From a candidate division FCPU426 bacterium (GTDB lineage Bacteria > Oederibacteriota > Muellerivitia > Muellerivitales > Muellerivitaceae): DNA of 64,000 nucleotides. A program made the translations under genes and the position numbers. Under the pieces are notes generated by a model. It was given only the letters and a program-made list of their open reading frames with translations, was not told the origin of the DNA and ran no database searches. The stretch is from positions 32,001 through 96,000 of the forward strand of contig CAVYSE010000020.1 in assembly GCA_963771075.1 (NCBI GenBank), written 5' to 3'. This document shows positions 9,701 to 19,960 of this stretch, in pieces. Within the stretch, counting starts at the first letter, position 1; each line of letters starts with the position of its first letter.

Positions 9701-12180
9701 CCCCCGCGCTTCTTTCTTCTTATGTTTTCGATACCGGCACCCAATGCTGGACCGCTTGGGGTTCCGTCACGGCCACCGTTTCGCAGGACACGACGAACTA
9801 TTACGCAGGGGGCGGCTCCCTAAAGGTCGTATTGCCCTTCACCAGCAATATCCAACAGGAACAGATCGGCATCCAGTTCCCAGGCTCGGGCGTCGCCATC
9901 CCCGCCGGGAGCACCATCAGCATGGAGGTCATGGCCTCCAACAATGGGAACGCCCTGCAATTGTTTGACCAGAGCGGCGCGAACGCGGTTAGTTGGGACG
10001 CCGGAGGCTGGGTGAACGCGGGAGGCTATGCCGCCGGAACCTGGTTCCCGGTCTCCTACATGGTCAACCCGGGAGCACCCACATCCGTCGTCCAATTCGG
10101 TTTGGAGGTTCCCGCGGGTTCGGGATCGAGCTACGCCAACGGACTTCCGGTCACGGTCTGGATCGACAACGTGACCATCACCCCACCCGTTTATTGCCCG
10201 GTCACGATGGTCGACGCTTTCGCGACTGAGGGCTCGGTCAACCTCTGGGGTGGGACCTGGACGACGATCGGTTCCGCGGACACGATTGGCGTGACCTACG
10301 ACGGCCCCGGGACCAATGGGGATCCCTATTCAGCGGGTGTGACGGGAACCCTGGCCACGGGCGGCTGGGCCAATTGGTACACGTTCCTTTACGCCACCGA
10401 CACGGTCTTCGACGCGGCGGCCAACGGCCTCCAGGGCATCCAGTTTTGGATGAAGGGGGACGGCGGCACCTACCGCATGGTGGTCTTTTCCCAAGCGGTG
10501 ACGGACAACGACTATTACGGTGTGAATGTCACTCCTCCCAACGACGGCAACTGGCATTTTTACCCCGTGCCCTTTTCCTCCATGGTGACCGTGGGATGGG
10601 GAACCCAGACGGGCTTGCCGAGCCACTTCGGGGCCACCGACCTTTTGGGCCTCCAATTTGAGACCGTGACCGCGCCGTCCACCTTCGCATTCTCCGTGGA
10701 TCAGATCGCATTTTATTGTTCCACCACGGCCGTCCCCACCCCGACCTTGACGGTTTCAGCCACGGCTACGAAGAGTCCCACCCCCACCGTGACGCCCACT
10801 CCCACAAGCACCAACCTGGCAGGTTACACCTCCACTGTCACGAAGACCCAGACAGTCACGGCTACATCCACGATGACCCTAACGCCCACCGTCACCTTGT
10901 CTCCCACGGTGACCTTGTCACCCACCGTGACCTTGTCGGTCACTCCCACGAACACCAACCTGGGGGGCCTGACCTCCACCGTGACCCTCACCCCGACCAC
11001 CACCCCCACCTCCGTGGTGGTGGCCGTCAGCTCGGGTTCCACCGGCGCCGTCAATGTCTCGCCCGGAACCAGCAACGTGCCGGCCCTGCAGGGCAACTTG
11101 ATCAACCTCGGCACTGCGCCGGTCACCCTTACCAACCTGACCTTGACCGACTTCGGCACGGGAAACCCCGGGAATATCGTTACCCTCTACGCGGTGATCA
11201 ACGGGTCCTACGTGAGCCCCATCTCGGCCTTTGCCGGAACCACGGCTACGATCAATTTGAACAACTACGTCCTGAATGGTTCCGCGAATCAAACCCTGCA
11301 GATCATGGTGAGTTTCTCCGACAGCGCGTTGGGAACCTACCAATTGTCGATCGGCTATTTTAACGGGATCAGCGGCAATAACGGCCAACCGGCTTCCTTC
11401 ACGGGATTCCCGGTGGAGGGTTATATGGTGAATTGCGAACCGCCCACCTCGACTTTCACATCGACCCCGACGGCTTCCGCGACGGCCACCCCGACGGCGA
11501 CCCTTACGGCCACTTGGAGTGCTACCGTCGTCCCCACGGGAACCATTACGGTGACACCCTCGACCTCGCCGACCGTGACCCGTACGCCCACCATCACCTC
11601 CACCGGCACCTTCACGGCCACCCCGACCTCCACCTACTCGGCGACCCGGACCCCGACATGGACCTTCACCTAGCCCCACCCCTACGTCCACAGCGACTTT
11701 CACGGCCACTTCTACCCCCACACCACAAACACCTCTACGATGACCCCCACGCCCACCTTCTCCGGCACCTGGACGGTCACGTCCACCCCCACGACCACGA
11801 GTTCCCTGACGGTCACCGTCACTCCGACGATCACCGCCACGCCAACAGCGACCTCCACCGAGGTACCCCTGGTGGCCGGGTCTTCCCTGAAAGTATTGCC
11901 TCCACAAGGGGGCGCTTATGTGGCCCCGGACCCGGTCTCGGGGAATACCGCGATGTTGGCCTATTGGATGGCCTCCTCCGGAACGGCCCATATCCGTATT
12001 TTCAACGTCGTCGGCCAGTTAACGGCAAGGCAGGATGAAGAGAAGGCGGCGGGGGCTCAATCCAGCCTGTTGAACCTGGGCGGATACGCCGCGGGCGTGT
12101 ACCTGTACAAGATCGACATGAACTACGACTCGGGCGGGACGGACTCCGTGCCGGTATCGAAGTTTTTGGTGGTGCGCTAA
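6734..12180 (+). pseudogene. Giant (~1800 aa) surface protein, interrupted as assembled: Ig-like domains, T/P stalks, CBM-like domains, NHL beta-propeller, C-terminal T9SS-type sorting-like domain
   Basis: SD plus ATG at 6734, in-frame TAA at 6806, frameshift in the C-run at ~8360-8364, two compensating indels at ~11670 and ~11722. Fragments 6857-8368, ~8365-11673 and 11740-12180 join into one coherent domain series ending PDP...IRIFNVVG...AAGVYLYKI...KFLVVR. Confidence 0.8.
8716..9552 (+). repeat. Six NHL repeats (141 bp/47 aa)
   Basis: FLTQWGG.G.GNG.F..P.GVAVAPSGNVYVAD.ENNLIQEFTS repeated six times. Confidence 0.9.
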
Positions 12181-12203
12181 TGAGGCCGCAGGGAGGTAAG
12201 TCC

Positions 12204-13595
12204 ATGAAAACCACGGCTTATCAGCTCCTGGGGTGGGCACTGCTCCTGGCGTTCGCTTGGGCGGCGGCAGACAGGTGCGGAGCCCAGGCCCTTTCCACCG
12301 CGTCCATCCAGAACCCTTTTGAAAGCTCCGAGGCCTCGGCCCGCTCCATGGGGATGGGCGGCGCCTTCGTGGGGGTGGCGGACGATTCCTCGGCTCTATT
12401 CTTCAATCCCGCCGGATTAGGAAACCTGAGGGGGATCGACCTGGCGGTCGACCACCAGATTGGTTTGGCTGGCATTACCGAGGACCTCTTGATTCTGGGA
12501 CTCCCCCTGGGCCAGGGCTATGGCCTGGGCATCAGCGGCCAATTCGTGAATTACGGCAGTTTCGACGGCAGGACTGCCGATGGAACCCCAACGGCCAGCC
12601 CCACCGCCTACCAGGCGGGTTTCGCCCTGGGAGGGGGAATGGAACTCGTCCCGGGTTTTTTCATGGGGGCGGGCCTCCAGGGAACCGTTCAACAGTTGTC
12701 TTTGAGTAGCTACACCCTGTTCAATGGAAACGCGGGATTGTTATATGTCATTCCAGGCGGTTGGCGATTGGGGGCCTCATACGGCGGATGGGGAACGGCG
12801 GCGGTGAACGCGAACGCCCCCGCGATCCTTCGGGCCGGGGTTTCGAAACTTTTTTCGGGAAAGGGGCCTTTCTCTCTTCTGGCGGCGGCTTCTTACGATT
12901 ACGAGTCCCAATTCGGCAGTGACGCCCTCGTGGGCCTGGAGGGTGCCTACCGGAAGAACTTTTTCGTGCGTGTGGGTTTCCAGGGGAACCTGCAAGATAG
13001 CGGCATAAACGGGTTCCAGGGCCTCACGGCGGGTGCCGGCCTGGCATTCGCGGACTTCAGCCTGGATTACGCTTTCGAGCCCTTCGGCGACGTTGGTACC
13101 ACCAACCGGGTGAGCCTGGCCTACCGCTTTGGGACCGAACCCACTCCGGCGGCTCCTGTCTCCAAGATTCCCACAACCCGGCCGGTCATCCAGACGACAG
13201 CCCCCAACCCAGGCCAGCCCCAGCCGGTCCAAAGCAACCCGGCAGGAACAGGCCAGTCCTTGACCGTTCAGTTTGACCTGGTTTCCCAGGACATGGCCAA
13301 AGCCCAGACCTTGGAACAGGAGGGCCGCTCGAAGGACGCGGTGAGAGCTTATCTTGCGGTCATCAAGGACGATCCCCAGAACGCCAAGGCTTGGTGGCGT
13401 TTGGGCAATCTCTACTACCATATGAACTACAAAGCCTACGCGGTCCAGTGTTTTGAAACCGTCCTCAAGTTGAAGCCTGATATCAAAACCCTGGCGGATT
13501 GGCTGGAAAAATACAAGGCCTCCCCGGAAAACCCGGCTTCAAACGCCTCTGGGGTGCAAACCCCGGTTATTCCCTCGACCCCCGGGCCCCAATAA
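12204..13595 (+). CDS. PorV/PorQ (UPF0164)-like outer-membrane beta-barrel with C-terminal TPR domain
   Basis: SD GGAGGT, signal peptide, SARSMGMGGAFVGVADDSSALFFNPAGL motif, barrel ending RVSLAYRF, Pro linker, TPR (DPQNAKAWWRLGNLYY). Confidence 0.8.
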   Translation: MKTTAYQLLGWALLLAFAWAAADRCGAQALSTASIQNPFESSEASARSMGMGGAFVGVADDSSALFFNPAGLGNLRGIDLAVDHQIGLAGITEDLLILGLPLGQGYGLGISGQFVNYGSFDGRTADGTPTASPTAYQAGFALGGGMELVPGFFMGAGLQGTVQQLSLSSYTLFNGNAGLLYVIPGGWRLGASYGGWGTAAVNANAPAILRAGVSKLFSGKGPFSLLAAASYDYESQFGSDALVGLEGAYRKNFFVRVGFQGNLQDSGINGFQGLTAGAGLAFADFSLDYAFEPFGDVGTTNRVSLAYRFGTEPTPAAPVSKIPTTRPVIQTTAPNPGQPQPVQSNPAGTGQSLTVQFDLVSQDMAKAQTLEQEGRSKDAVRAYLAVIKDDPQNAKAWWRLGNLYYHMNYKAYAVQCFETVLKLKPDIKTLADWLEKYKASPENPASNASGVQTPVIPSTPGPQ

Positions 13596-13885
13596 TTGGG
13601 CCTTTCAGCAGGGAGCTAGTCGAGGCTCGACCCGTTTTTGGATGAAATGATGTTCAAATTGATCGTCTGACCAATGCTTTATACTTGTCGAGTGCGTGTG
13701 GGTGGCAGCTTCATTTGGGAGGCGATTGATCAAAAAGTTGGTATGAATAACGGTCCTCTTCAACTCCATCCTCTTGCGGATACCCCACTTTCCCGGACCC
13801 CTTTTCAGCAAATCCACCGAAACCAGTTTAGGCCACAGTTGTCCGGCCACCGGCTGTCAGCAATTATTTAGAAAAAGGAGCGATT

Positions 13886-16270
13886 ATGGAAACGATGAGA
13901 AGGGTTATAAAGATGGCCGGTTTTTTAGCCTTTATTTTTGGAGGCTTGGGAATCGGTTCGGGGCTATGGGCACAATATTCGAATGAGGATGGGAGCGGCG
14001 ATTTATGGACGGGAACGGGCTCCTCCGCCTCCGGGAATTGGAGCACCGCCACCGGTGAGTACAGCACCGCCACTGGGACAAGCAGCTCGGCATACGGACA
14101 GGCTGCCACGGCCAGCGGGCTGAGCAGCATCGCCATCGGGAATCTGAGTAATGCCGGAGCGAGTTGGACTACCGCCGTTGGATCGGAAAGCAACGCCGCC
14201 GGACTGGGCAGCTCGGCCTACGGGGATGCCGCCACCGCCACAGGAACTAGCAGCACCGCCCTCGGCAATAACAGCACTGCCAGCGGGAATTGGAGCACGG
14301 CCACCGGAGAGGGCAGCAACGCTGGGGGAACTTCCAGCGCTGCTTACGGGCAATCCGCCACCGCCACCGGATCGGGTAGCATAGCCATCGGGAATCAGAG
14401 CAACGCCAGCGGGAATTGGAGCACGGCTACCGGAGAAGACAGCAACGCCCTCGGGATTTCCAGCTCCGCTTACGGGCAAGCCGCCACGGCCAGCGGGAAT
14501 TGGAGTACCGCCGTTGGGAATTTAAGCTCCGCCAGCGCGACTGACAGCACCGCCCTCGGCAATAACAGCACCGCCAGTGGAAACTGGACCACCGCCGTGG
14601 GCGAAAACAGCAGCGCCAGCGGGGTTGCCAGCTCTGCTTATGGGCAAGCCGCCACTGCCAGCGGGCTGAGCAGCATCGCTATCGGGAATCAGAGCAATGC
14701 CGAAGGAAACTGGAGTGTCGTTGTCGGCTCGGACAGCAGCGCCACCGGGACTTCCAGCGCCGCCTATGGTCAATCCGCCACCGCCACCGGATCGGAAAGC
14801 ATTGCTATCGGGAACAAGAGTAACGCCACTGGGAACTGGAGCGCCTCCGTGGGTGGAGACAGTACCGCTAGCGGAACTTCCAGCGACGCTTTCGGGCAGG
14901 GTGCCACGGCGAGTGGGAACTGGAGCACCGCCATCGGGAATTTAAGCTCTGCCAGCGCCACCGACGCTACCGCCATCGGAAATTCCAGCACAGCCAGCGG
15001 AAACTGGAGCACAGCCACCGGCCAGGGCAGCATGGCCAGCGGGGCGAACAGCACTGCGATTGGGGTAGGGAGTTCAGCCTCAAATTATGGAAGCTCAGCT
15101 TTTGGAGCTGGCGCCACCGCCACGGGATCCTACGGCACCGCCACAGGATATGAAAGTAATGCGGTTCAAGCGGGCGATACCGCCTATGGTGTCAGCGCCA
15201 TCGCTAGCGGATATTTAAGCACGGCCACGGGTTTTGCAAGCAATGCCAGCGGTTGGGAAAGTACCGCTACTGGAGTAGCCTGCACGGTCATTGGGGATTA
15301 CAGCACCGCCACGGGGTCTTTCAGTACCGCAAGCGGGACTAATTGCACCGCGAACGGATACGGAAGTAGCGCGAGTATTTATAACAGCACCGCCACGGGA
15401 TATGAAAGCATGGCATCAAATTCCTTCAGCACCGCATATGGGGCGGAAGCCATAGCCAGCGGTGAGAACAGCACTGCCACTGGATTTTTAAGCACCGCCA
15501 GTAATACATACAGCACGGCTACAGGATGTAACAGCAATGCGAGTGGGTTGAATAGTACTGCCGCCGGTTTTAGCAGTAACGCCAGAGGTAGCAACAGTAC
15601 CGCTACTGGCTCTTACAGCCAGGCCACCACAACGAATAGTTCGGCTTATGGCGTCAGCGCAATCGCAAGCGGTATCAACAGTACTGCAACAGGAACAAAC
15701 AGCACCGCCGTCAACCAAGGGGACACGGCTTACGGTGGATTCGCCACCGCAAACGGTTCTTTTAGCACATCCCTGGGGGAATACAGCGCCTCCACGGGCG
15801 TCAATAGCACCGCAGTGGGGTCCGGAAGTATCGCCAGCGGAAATAACAGCACGGCCATCGGGGCTAATAGCGTGGCGAGCGCGAACAATAGCGTCGCCTT
15901 GGGGACGGGGTCCTTGGCGAACCAACAAAATATCGTCTCGGTCGGAAACGCCAACACCGGTTTGACCCGCCGCATCACCAACGTGGCGCCTGGAGTAGCC
16001 AGCACCGACGCGGCCAACGTGGGGCAGTTGACCAGTTCCGCCCAGACGGCCGGGGTCATGGTGGGGGCGGCCGCCAACGCTTCCATGGGATTGATGGGGC
16101 TTCCAGGCGCGACTCGGGTGGCCCTGGGCACGAGCGTCATGGGCAACCAGGTGGGGATGGGCCTGGCCGTACAAAGGAGCTTTGATAGTTGGGCCGCCTC
16201 CCTGAGTACCTCCACCGATGGAAATCTTGATTACATGCAGGTAGGCGGCTCGGTCGGTATCAGCTTTTAA
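13886..16270 (+). CDS. YadA-like trimeric autotransporter adhesin
   Basis: Signal peptide, >40 14-aa head repeats (A.ASG.WSTA.G..), neck SVG...RRITNVAPGV..TDAANVGQL, short C-terminal anchor ending VGISF. Confidence 0.88.
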   Translation: METMRRVIKMAGFLAFIFGGLGIGSGLWAQYSNEDGSGDLWTGTGSSASGNWSTATGEYSTATGTSSSAYGQAATASGLSSIAIGNLSNAGASWTTAVGSESNAAGLGSSAYGDAATATGTSSTALGNNSTASGNWSTATGEGSNAGGTSSAAYGQSATATGSGSIAIGNQSNASGNWSTATGEDSNALGISSSAYGQAATASGNWSTAVGNLSSASATDSTALGNNSTASGNWTTAVGENSSASGVASSAYGQAATASGLSSIAIGNQSNAEGNWSVVVGSDSSATGTSSAAYGQSATATGSESIAIGNKSNATGNWSASVGGDSTASGTSSDAFGQGATASGNWSTAIGNLSSASATDATAIGNSSTASGNWSTATGQGSMASGANSTAIGVGSSASNYGSSAFGAGATATGSYGTATGYESNAVQAGDTAYGVSAIASGYLSTATGFASNASGWESTATGVACTVIGDYSTATGSFSTASGTNCTANGYGSSASIYNSTATGYESMASNSFSTAYGAEAIASGENSTATGFLSTASNTYSTATGCNSNASGLNSTAAGFSSNARGSNSTATGSYSQATTTNSSAYGVSAIASGINSTATGTNSTAVNQGDTAYGGFATANGSFSTSLGEYSASTGVNSTAVGSGSIASGNNSTAIGANSVASANNSVALGTGSLANQQNIVSVGNANTGLTRRITNVAPGVASTDAANVGQLTSSAQTAGVMVGAAANASMGLMGLPGATRVALGTSVMGNQVGMGLAVQRSFDSWAASLSTSTDGNLDYMQVGGSVGISF

Positions 16271-16383
16271 ATTGCGGTTTTATGATCTAAATTTTTCTCC
16301 AAGACCCCCGGTTGACCCGCCGGGTGCCTTGGACGAATAGGCCTGTGAAATGCGGTAATAGATTTAGGGAGAGAAACCAAACC

Positions 16384-17052
16384 ATGAAAAAGATATCTAC
16401 TGATGGCTTTCTAAGATGGGTTTTGCCGACCGTGCTATTCATCGGCACCCCCTGTTTACTGGGGGCTCAACCCGCCGTCGATTTCAGCAACATGGACAAG
16501 GGTTTGAGGGCCGAAAAGGCCGGGGATTATCCCCAGGCCCTGAAATGGTACCGGATGGTTGCCGATGAGGGAGCCTCCGCCGAATGCAACATCGGCACGA
16601 TGTACGCCCAAGGGTATGGGGTGACCCGAAATTACCAGGAAGCCATGAGGTGGTTTCTCATGGCCGCAGGGCAAGGGAACGCGTCGGCCCAGTGCAATAT
16701 CGGAGTGATGTTCGAAAAGGGGCGTGGTGTGACGGTGGACAACCAAAAAGCCATTGATTGGTACCAAAAGGCCGCCGCCCAGGGAAACGCCCTGGCGGAG
16801 TTCAATATTGGAAATTTATACGAATCGCGGGGCAGGCCCCAGGATTACCCGGAGGCCCTGAAGTGGTACCAGAAGGCCGCCGCCCAGGGCTTTCCTCCGG
16901 CGGAATGCGGCATGGGGTCGCTGTTCGCCAAGGGCCGGGGCGTGACCCAGGATTATAAGGAGGCCTTGGAGTGGTACCAGAAAGCCGCCGCGCAAGGCTA
17001 CGAGCCAGCCCAAAAGGTGATCGAAGAAATCAAAAAAATAATGGCTAAGTGA
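16384..17052 (+). CDS. Secreted Sel1-like repeat protein
   Basis: Signal peptide; repeats A.KWYQKAAAQG...A..N.G..Y..G.GV.QDY. Confidence 0.9.
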   Translation: MKKISTDGFLRWVLPTVLFIGTPCLLGAQPAVDFSNMDKGLRAEKAGDYPQALKWYRMVADEGASAECNIGTMYAQGYGVTRNYQEAMRWFLMAAGQGNASAQCNIGVMFEKGRGVTVDNQKAIDWYQKAAAQGNALAEFNIGNLYESRGRPQDYPEALKWYQKAAAQGFPPAECGMGSLFAKGRGVTQDYKEALEWYQKAAAQGYEPAQKVIEEIKKIMAK

Positions 17053-17271
17053 ATAATTTTCTATTTTCCAAGACGGGGAGCCATCTATAAATCTGGGAGA
17101 AAAATGGAGGTCGACTATAAGTCATAAAAATCTTATGCTCCTTGTTGCTGGATATTTTCTTGCTCTAGCCACCTTTCTCCATGCCGGAGTCGTCTCCTTG
17201 ACAGAGACGGAAGTCTTGCGGCTCAAGGCCCTGGTAAAGTCCATCCCGTAAGCCATTAGAAGGAGTCCAAA

Positions 17272-17643
17272 ATGCCGGACGCAAATATTTATATGGAAAG
17301 GCGGGTTGCCCCGAGGATTAAGGTCAATGTCCCTGTTAAGTACCGTTTTCTTGAGGACGAAAAGGAAATAAAAACCGTATTGGAGCATCGGGAAAGGGAA
17401 AAAAGCGCTCTTGCCATGGATATCAGCCTGGGTGGAATGCAAATTACCACGGACCAGGCGATTGAAGAAGGGGACGTTCTGGAATTTGAAATCATATTGC
17501 CGGATCTTTCCGAAAGCTTGTCTGCTATTGCCCGAGTGGTTTGGGCGAATGAGAACACCGGGGGTATTCATTTTTTAAAGTTAAGCGAAGAGGATTTTTT
17601 GGTGCTAAAAGTTTACGTACATAAGGCCACCATGAATCAGTAG
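17272..17643 (+). CDS. PilZ domain protein (c-di-GMP receptor)
   Basis: ERRVAPR (RxxxR) and DISLGG (DxSxGG) motifs; SD AGGAG. Confidence 0.9.
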   Translation: MPDANIYMERRVAPRIKVNVPVKYRFLEDEKEIKTVLEHREREKSALAMDISLGGMQITTDQAIEEGDVLEFEIILPDLSESLSAIARVVWANENTGGIHFLKLSEEDFLVLKVYVHKATMNQ

Positions 17644-17755
17644 CATTATTCAAAAGGACGATGGCGTTGGTATCCACGAAGGGGAACTGGATTAGACAAG
17701 TCTTCCCGATGAGAGAGGCACAAGCCCACAGTTGTATGTCCGATAAGGGGCAAAC

Positions 17756-19687
17756 ATGAAAATAACTTTGCCAGCGGCAGTTGTTTGTTTCCTCCTCCTC
17801 GGCTTCGCAAACCCAGTTGGCGCCCAAGTCCCGGCCAATTACAGCCTGGTTTGGAGCGACGAGTTTTCCGGCCCTCCGGGTAGTTCCCCCAACCCCGCTA
17901 ACTGGGCTTATCAAACCGGCGCGACCGGATTCGGGAACAACGATCTTCAAAATTACACCGCCGACCCGGCAAACTCGCAGATTGTGGCCGACCCCAACGC
18001 CACGGACGGCAGCGCCCTGGCCATCATCGCCCTGGACCCGGGCGGCAACAACGGCCAGCTGGGCGATTACACCTCGGCGATGATCCAAAGCCTCGGCCTG
18101 CAGAGTTTCCAATACGGCTATGTGGAGGCACGCATCCAAATGCCCACCGCGCCGGGCATGCATCCCACCTTTTGGATGATGGGCACCGACTACCCAACCA
18201 TCGGCTGGCCCAAGTGCGGCGAGCTGGACATCATGGAAAACAACGGCCAACCCGCCAACCAATCCCTCAATTTCGGTTCCATCCACGGCCCGAACTATAC
18301 TGGCGCCGAATACGGGACCACCTACACGCTTCCGGCCGGACAGCAGTTCCAAAACGCCTACCACACCTTCTCCATCCTTTGGCAGCAGGATCAGATCGCC
18401 TATGGGGTGGATGGCAACACCTACGAAACCTTCACGCCCTCGAACATCGGGGGCAATAGCTGGGTCTTCAACAACCCCTTCTACTTTCTTTTGAGCCTGG
18501 AAATCGGGGGAAGTTGGCCCGGTCCGCCCACCGCCTCCACCTCTTTTCCCCAGACCTTCCTGGTGGATTACGTGCGGATTTATCAGCCCGATACCCCCAC
18601 TCCGACGGGAGTCTGGTTGACTTCCACCCCCACCCTCACTCCCTCGCAGACTTCCAGCCCAACACCCACATTCACCCCGGGTGGGGTGGATTGTCCGGCC
18701 ACGATGATCGACGACTTTGAGAACCAGGCCCTCAACGGTGTGCCCCCGGCCCGCCCCAACCTCTGGGGAGGCGCCTGGCAAACCTATTTTTCTTCCGCCA
18801 CCATCGGCGTTACCTACAACGGTCCGGGGGCAGACGGCACCAACTATTCGGCGGGGATCACCGGAACCATAACTGCAAACAACGGTTATGCGGGCTGGCA
18901 GACGAAACTTTTTTCAAATTCGGCACCATTCAACGCGCCCGCCAACGGGCTCGACCGGATCCAATTTTGGTTCAGGGGGGACGGTAATGTTTACCGGGCC
19001 AACCTCTTGAACGCGGCCGTGACCGACGGCGATGCATATGGGGTGGATTTCCTTCCCCCCACGGGTGTTTGGACCTTTTACCAGGTTCCGTTCAACACCA
19101 TGGCCCGGCAGGGGTTCGGTACCCAAACGGGCTTGCCCCTGCACCCCTCGGGGGCCGACTCGAAGGGGGTGGGTTTCCAGGTCGTCCAAACCCCCGCAGC
19201 TTTCGCCTACTCGGTGGACCAGGTCGCCTTTGCCTGTGATCTCCCGACCGCGACGCCTTATCTTAGCCCGACGGTCACCAACACCCCCACGGCCAGCCTC
19301 ACACCCACTATCACCCTGACGCCTACGATAACTTCCACCCCTACCATCACCTTGACCCCCACCGTCACGGGCACCCCCACGCCTACGGCGGTGATTACTA
19401 CCCAGTCCATCGGAGTGCCCTATCCAAACCCCGCAAAGGGTTTACCAGGGGTGAACTTCAATGTTCAGTCGCCAGAGGCCGCCACCGTGGCCTGGGATGT
19501 CTTCACGACGGCCTTCAGGAAAATAGGTGGTGGAACTCAATCCATCACCGCTAGCGGCACAGTGACTTGGAACTTGAACGATAACCAGGGCAATCCGGTG
19601 TCCAACGGCCTTTATTACGTCCGGGTGAAGGTCAATGACGGGTCGTCAACCATGACGAAGATTTTGAAGGTTCTGGTTATCCGGTAA
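17756..19687 (+). CDS. Secreted GH16 beta-glucanase with CBM11/CIA30-like domain, T/P linker and FlgD/T9SS-like C-terminal domain
   Basis: LVWSDEF, YGYVEARI, WP.CGELDIME catalytic motif, VDYVRIYQ; C-terminal YPNP...WNLND.QG.PVSNGLYY...KVLVIR. Confidence 0.9.
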   Translation: MKITLPAAVVCFLLLGFANPVGAQVPANYSLVWSDEFSGPPGSSPNPANWAYQTGATGFGNNDLQNYTADPANSQIVADPNATDGSALAIIALDPGGNNGQLGDYTSAMIQSLGLQSFQYGYVEARIQMPTAPGMHPTFWMMGTDYPTIGWPKCGELDIMENNGQPANQSLNFGSIHGPNYTGAEYGTTYTLPAGQQFQNAYHTFSILWQQDQIAYGVDGNTYETFTPSNIGGNSWVFNNPFYFLLSLEIGGSWPGPPTASTSFPQTFLVDYVRIYQPDTPTPTGVWLTSTPTLTPSQTSSPTPTFTPGGVDCPATMIDDFENQALNGVPPARPNLWGGAWQTYFSSATIGVTYNGPGADGTNYSAGITGTITANNGYAGWQTKLFSNSAPFNAPANGLDRIQFWFRGDGNVYRANLLNAAVTDGDAYGVDFLPPTGVWTFYQVPFNTMARQGFGTQTGLPLHPSGADSKGVGFQVVQTPAAFAYSVDQVAFACDLPTATPYLSPTVTNTPTASLTPTITLTPTITSTPTITLTPTVTGTPTPTAVITTQSIGVPYPNPAKGLPGVNFNVQSPEAATVAWDVFTTAFRKIGGGTQSITASGTVTWNLNDNQGNPVSNGLYYVRVKVNDGSSTMTKILKVLVIR

Positions 19688-19960
19688 CGGGAAACTCTTG
19701 TCAAATCCCATAGAATCTGGTCGTTAGATGAGTCAAGCACCCCGAAAATTGTCCAGGTCAGAAATCCGAATTGGACAGAATGATCTTTTGAGATATAGCT
19801 TTCAGGTTAGTTAAAAGGAACTAAAAATCATTTTGGCGAAACCGAGCCGCAAGCGTTGTTTGATGTCAAAGCCATTCGTGGTCGGGGCTCTTCAAGACCT
19901 CTTTGGGCAAGCTGGTTCCCGGTTTTTTTAAAATAGGATTTCCGGGGGAACCGCACCAGC

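Noticed and set aside
11671..11739. Amber (TAG) readthrough or recoding joining ORFs 8209-11673 and 11740-12180, which share a frame
   Set aside because: The in-frame bridge reads PHPYVHSDFHGHFYPH while the shifted frame reads SPTPTSTATFTATSTPT. Two compensating indels explain it, and TAG is a normal stop elsewhere.
13605..13871. Short ORFs between the PorV-like and adhesin genes
   Set aside because: No supporting motif; likely intergenic
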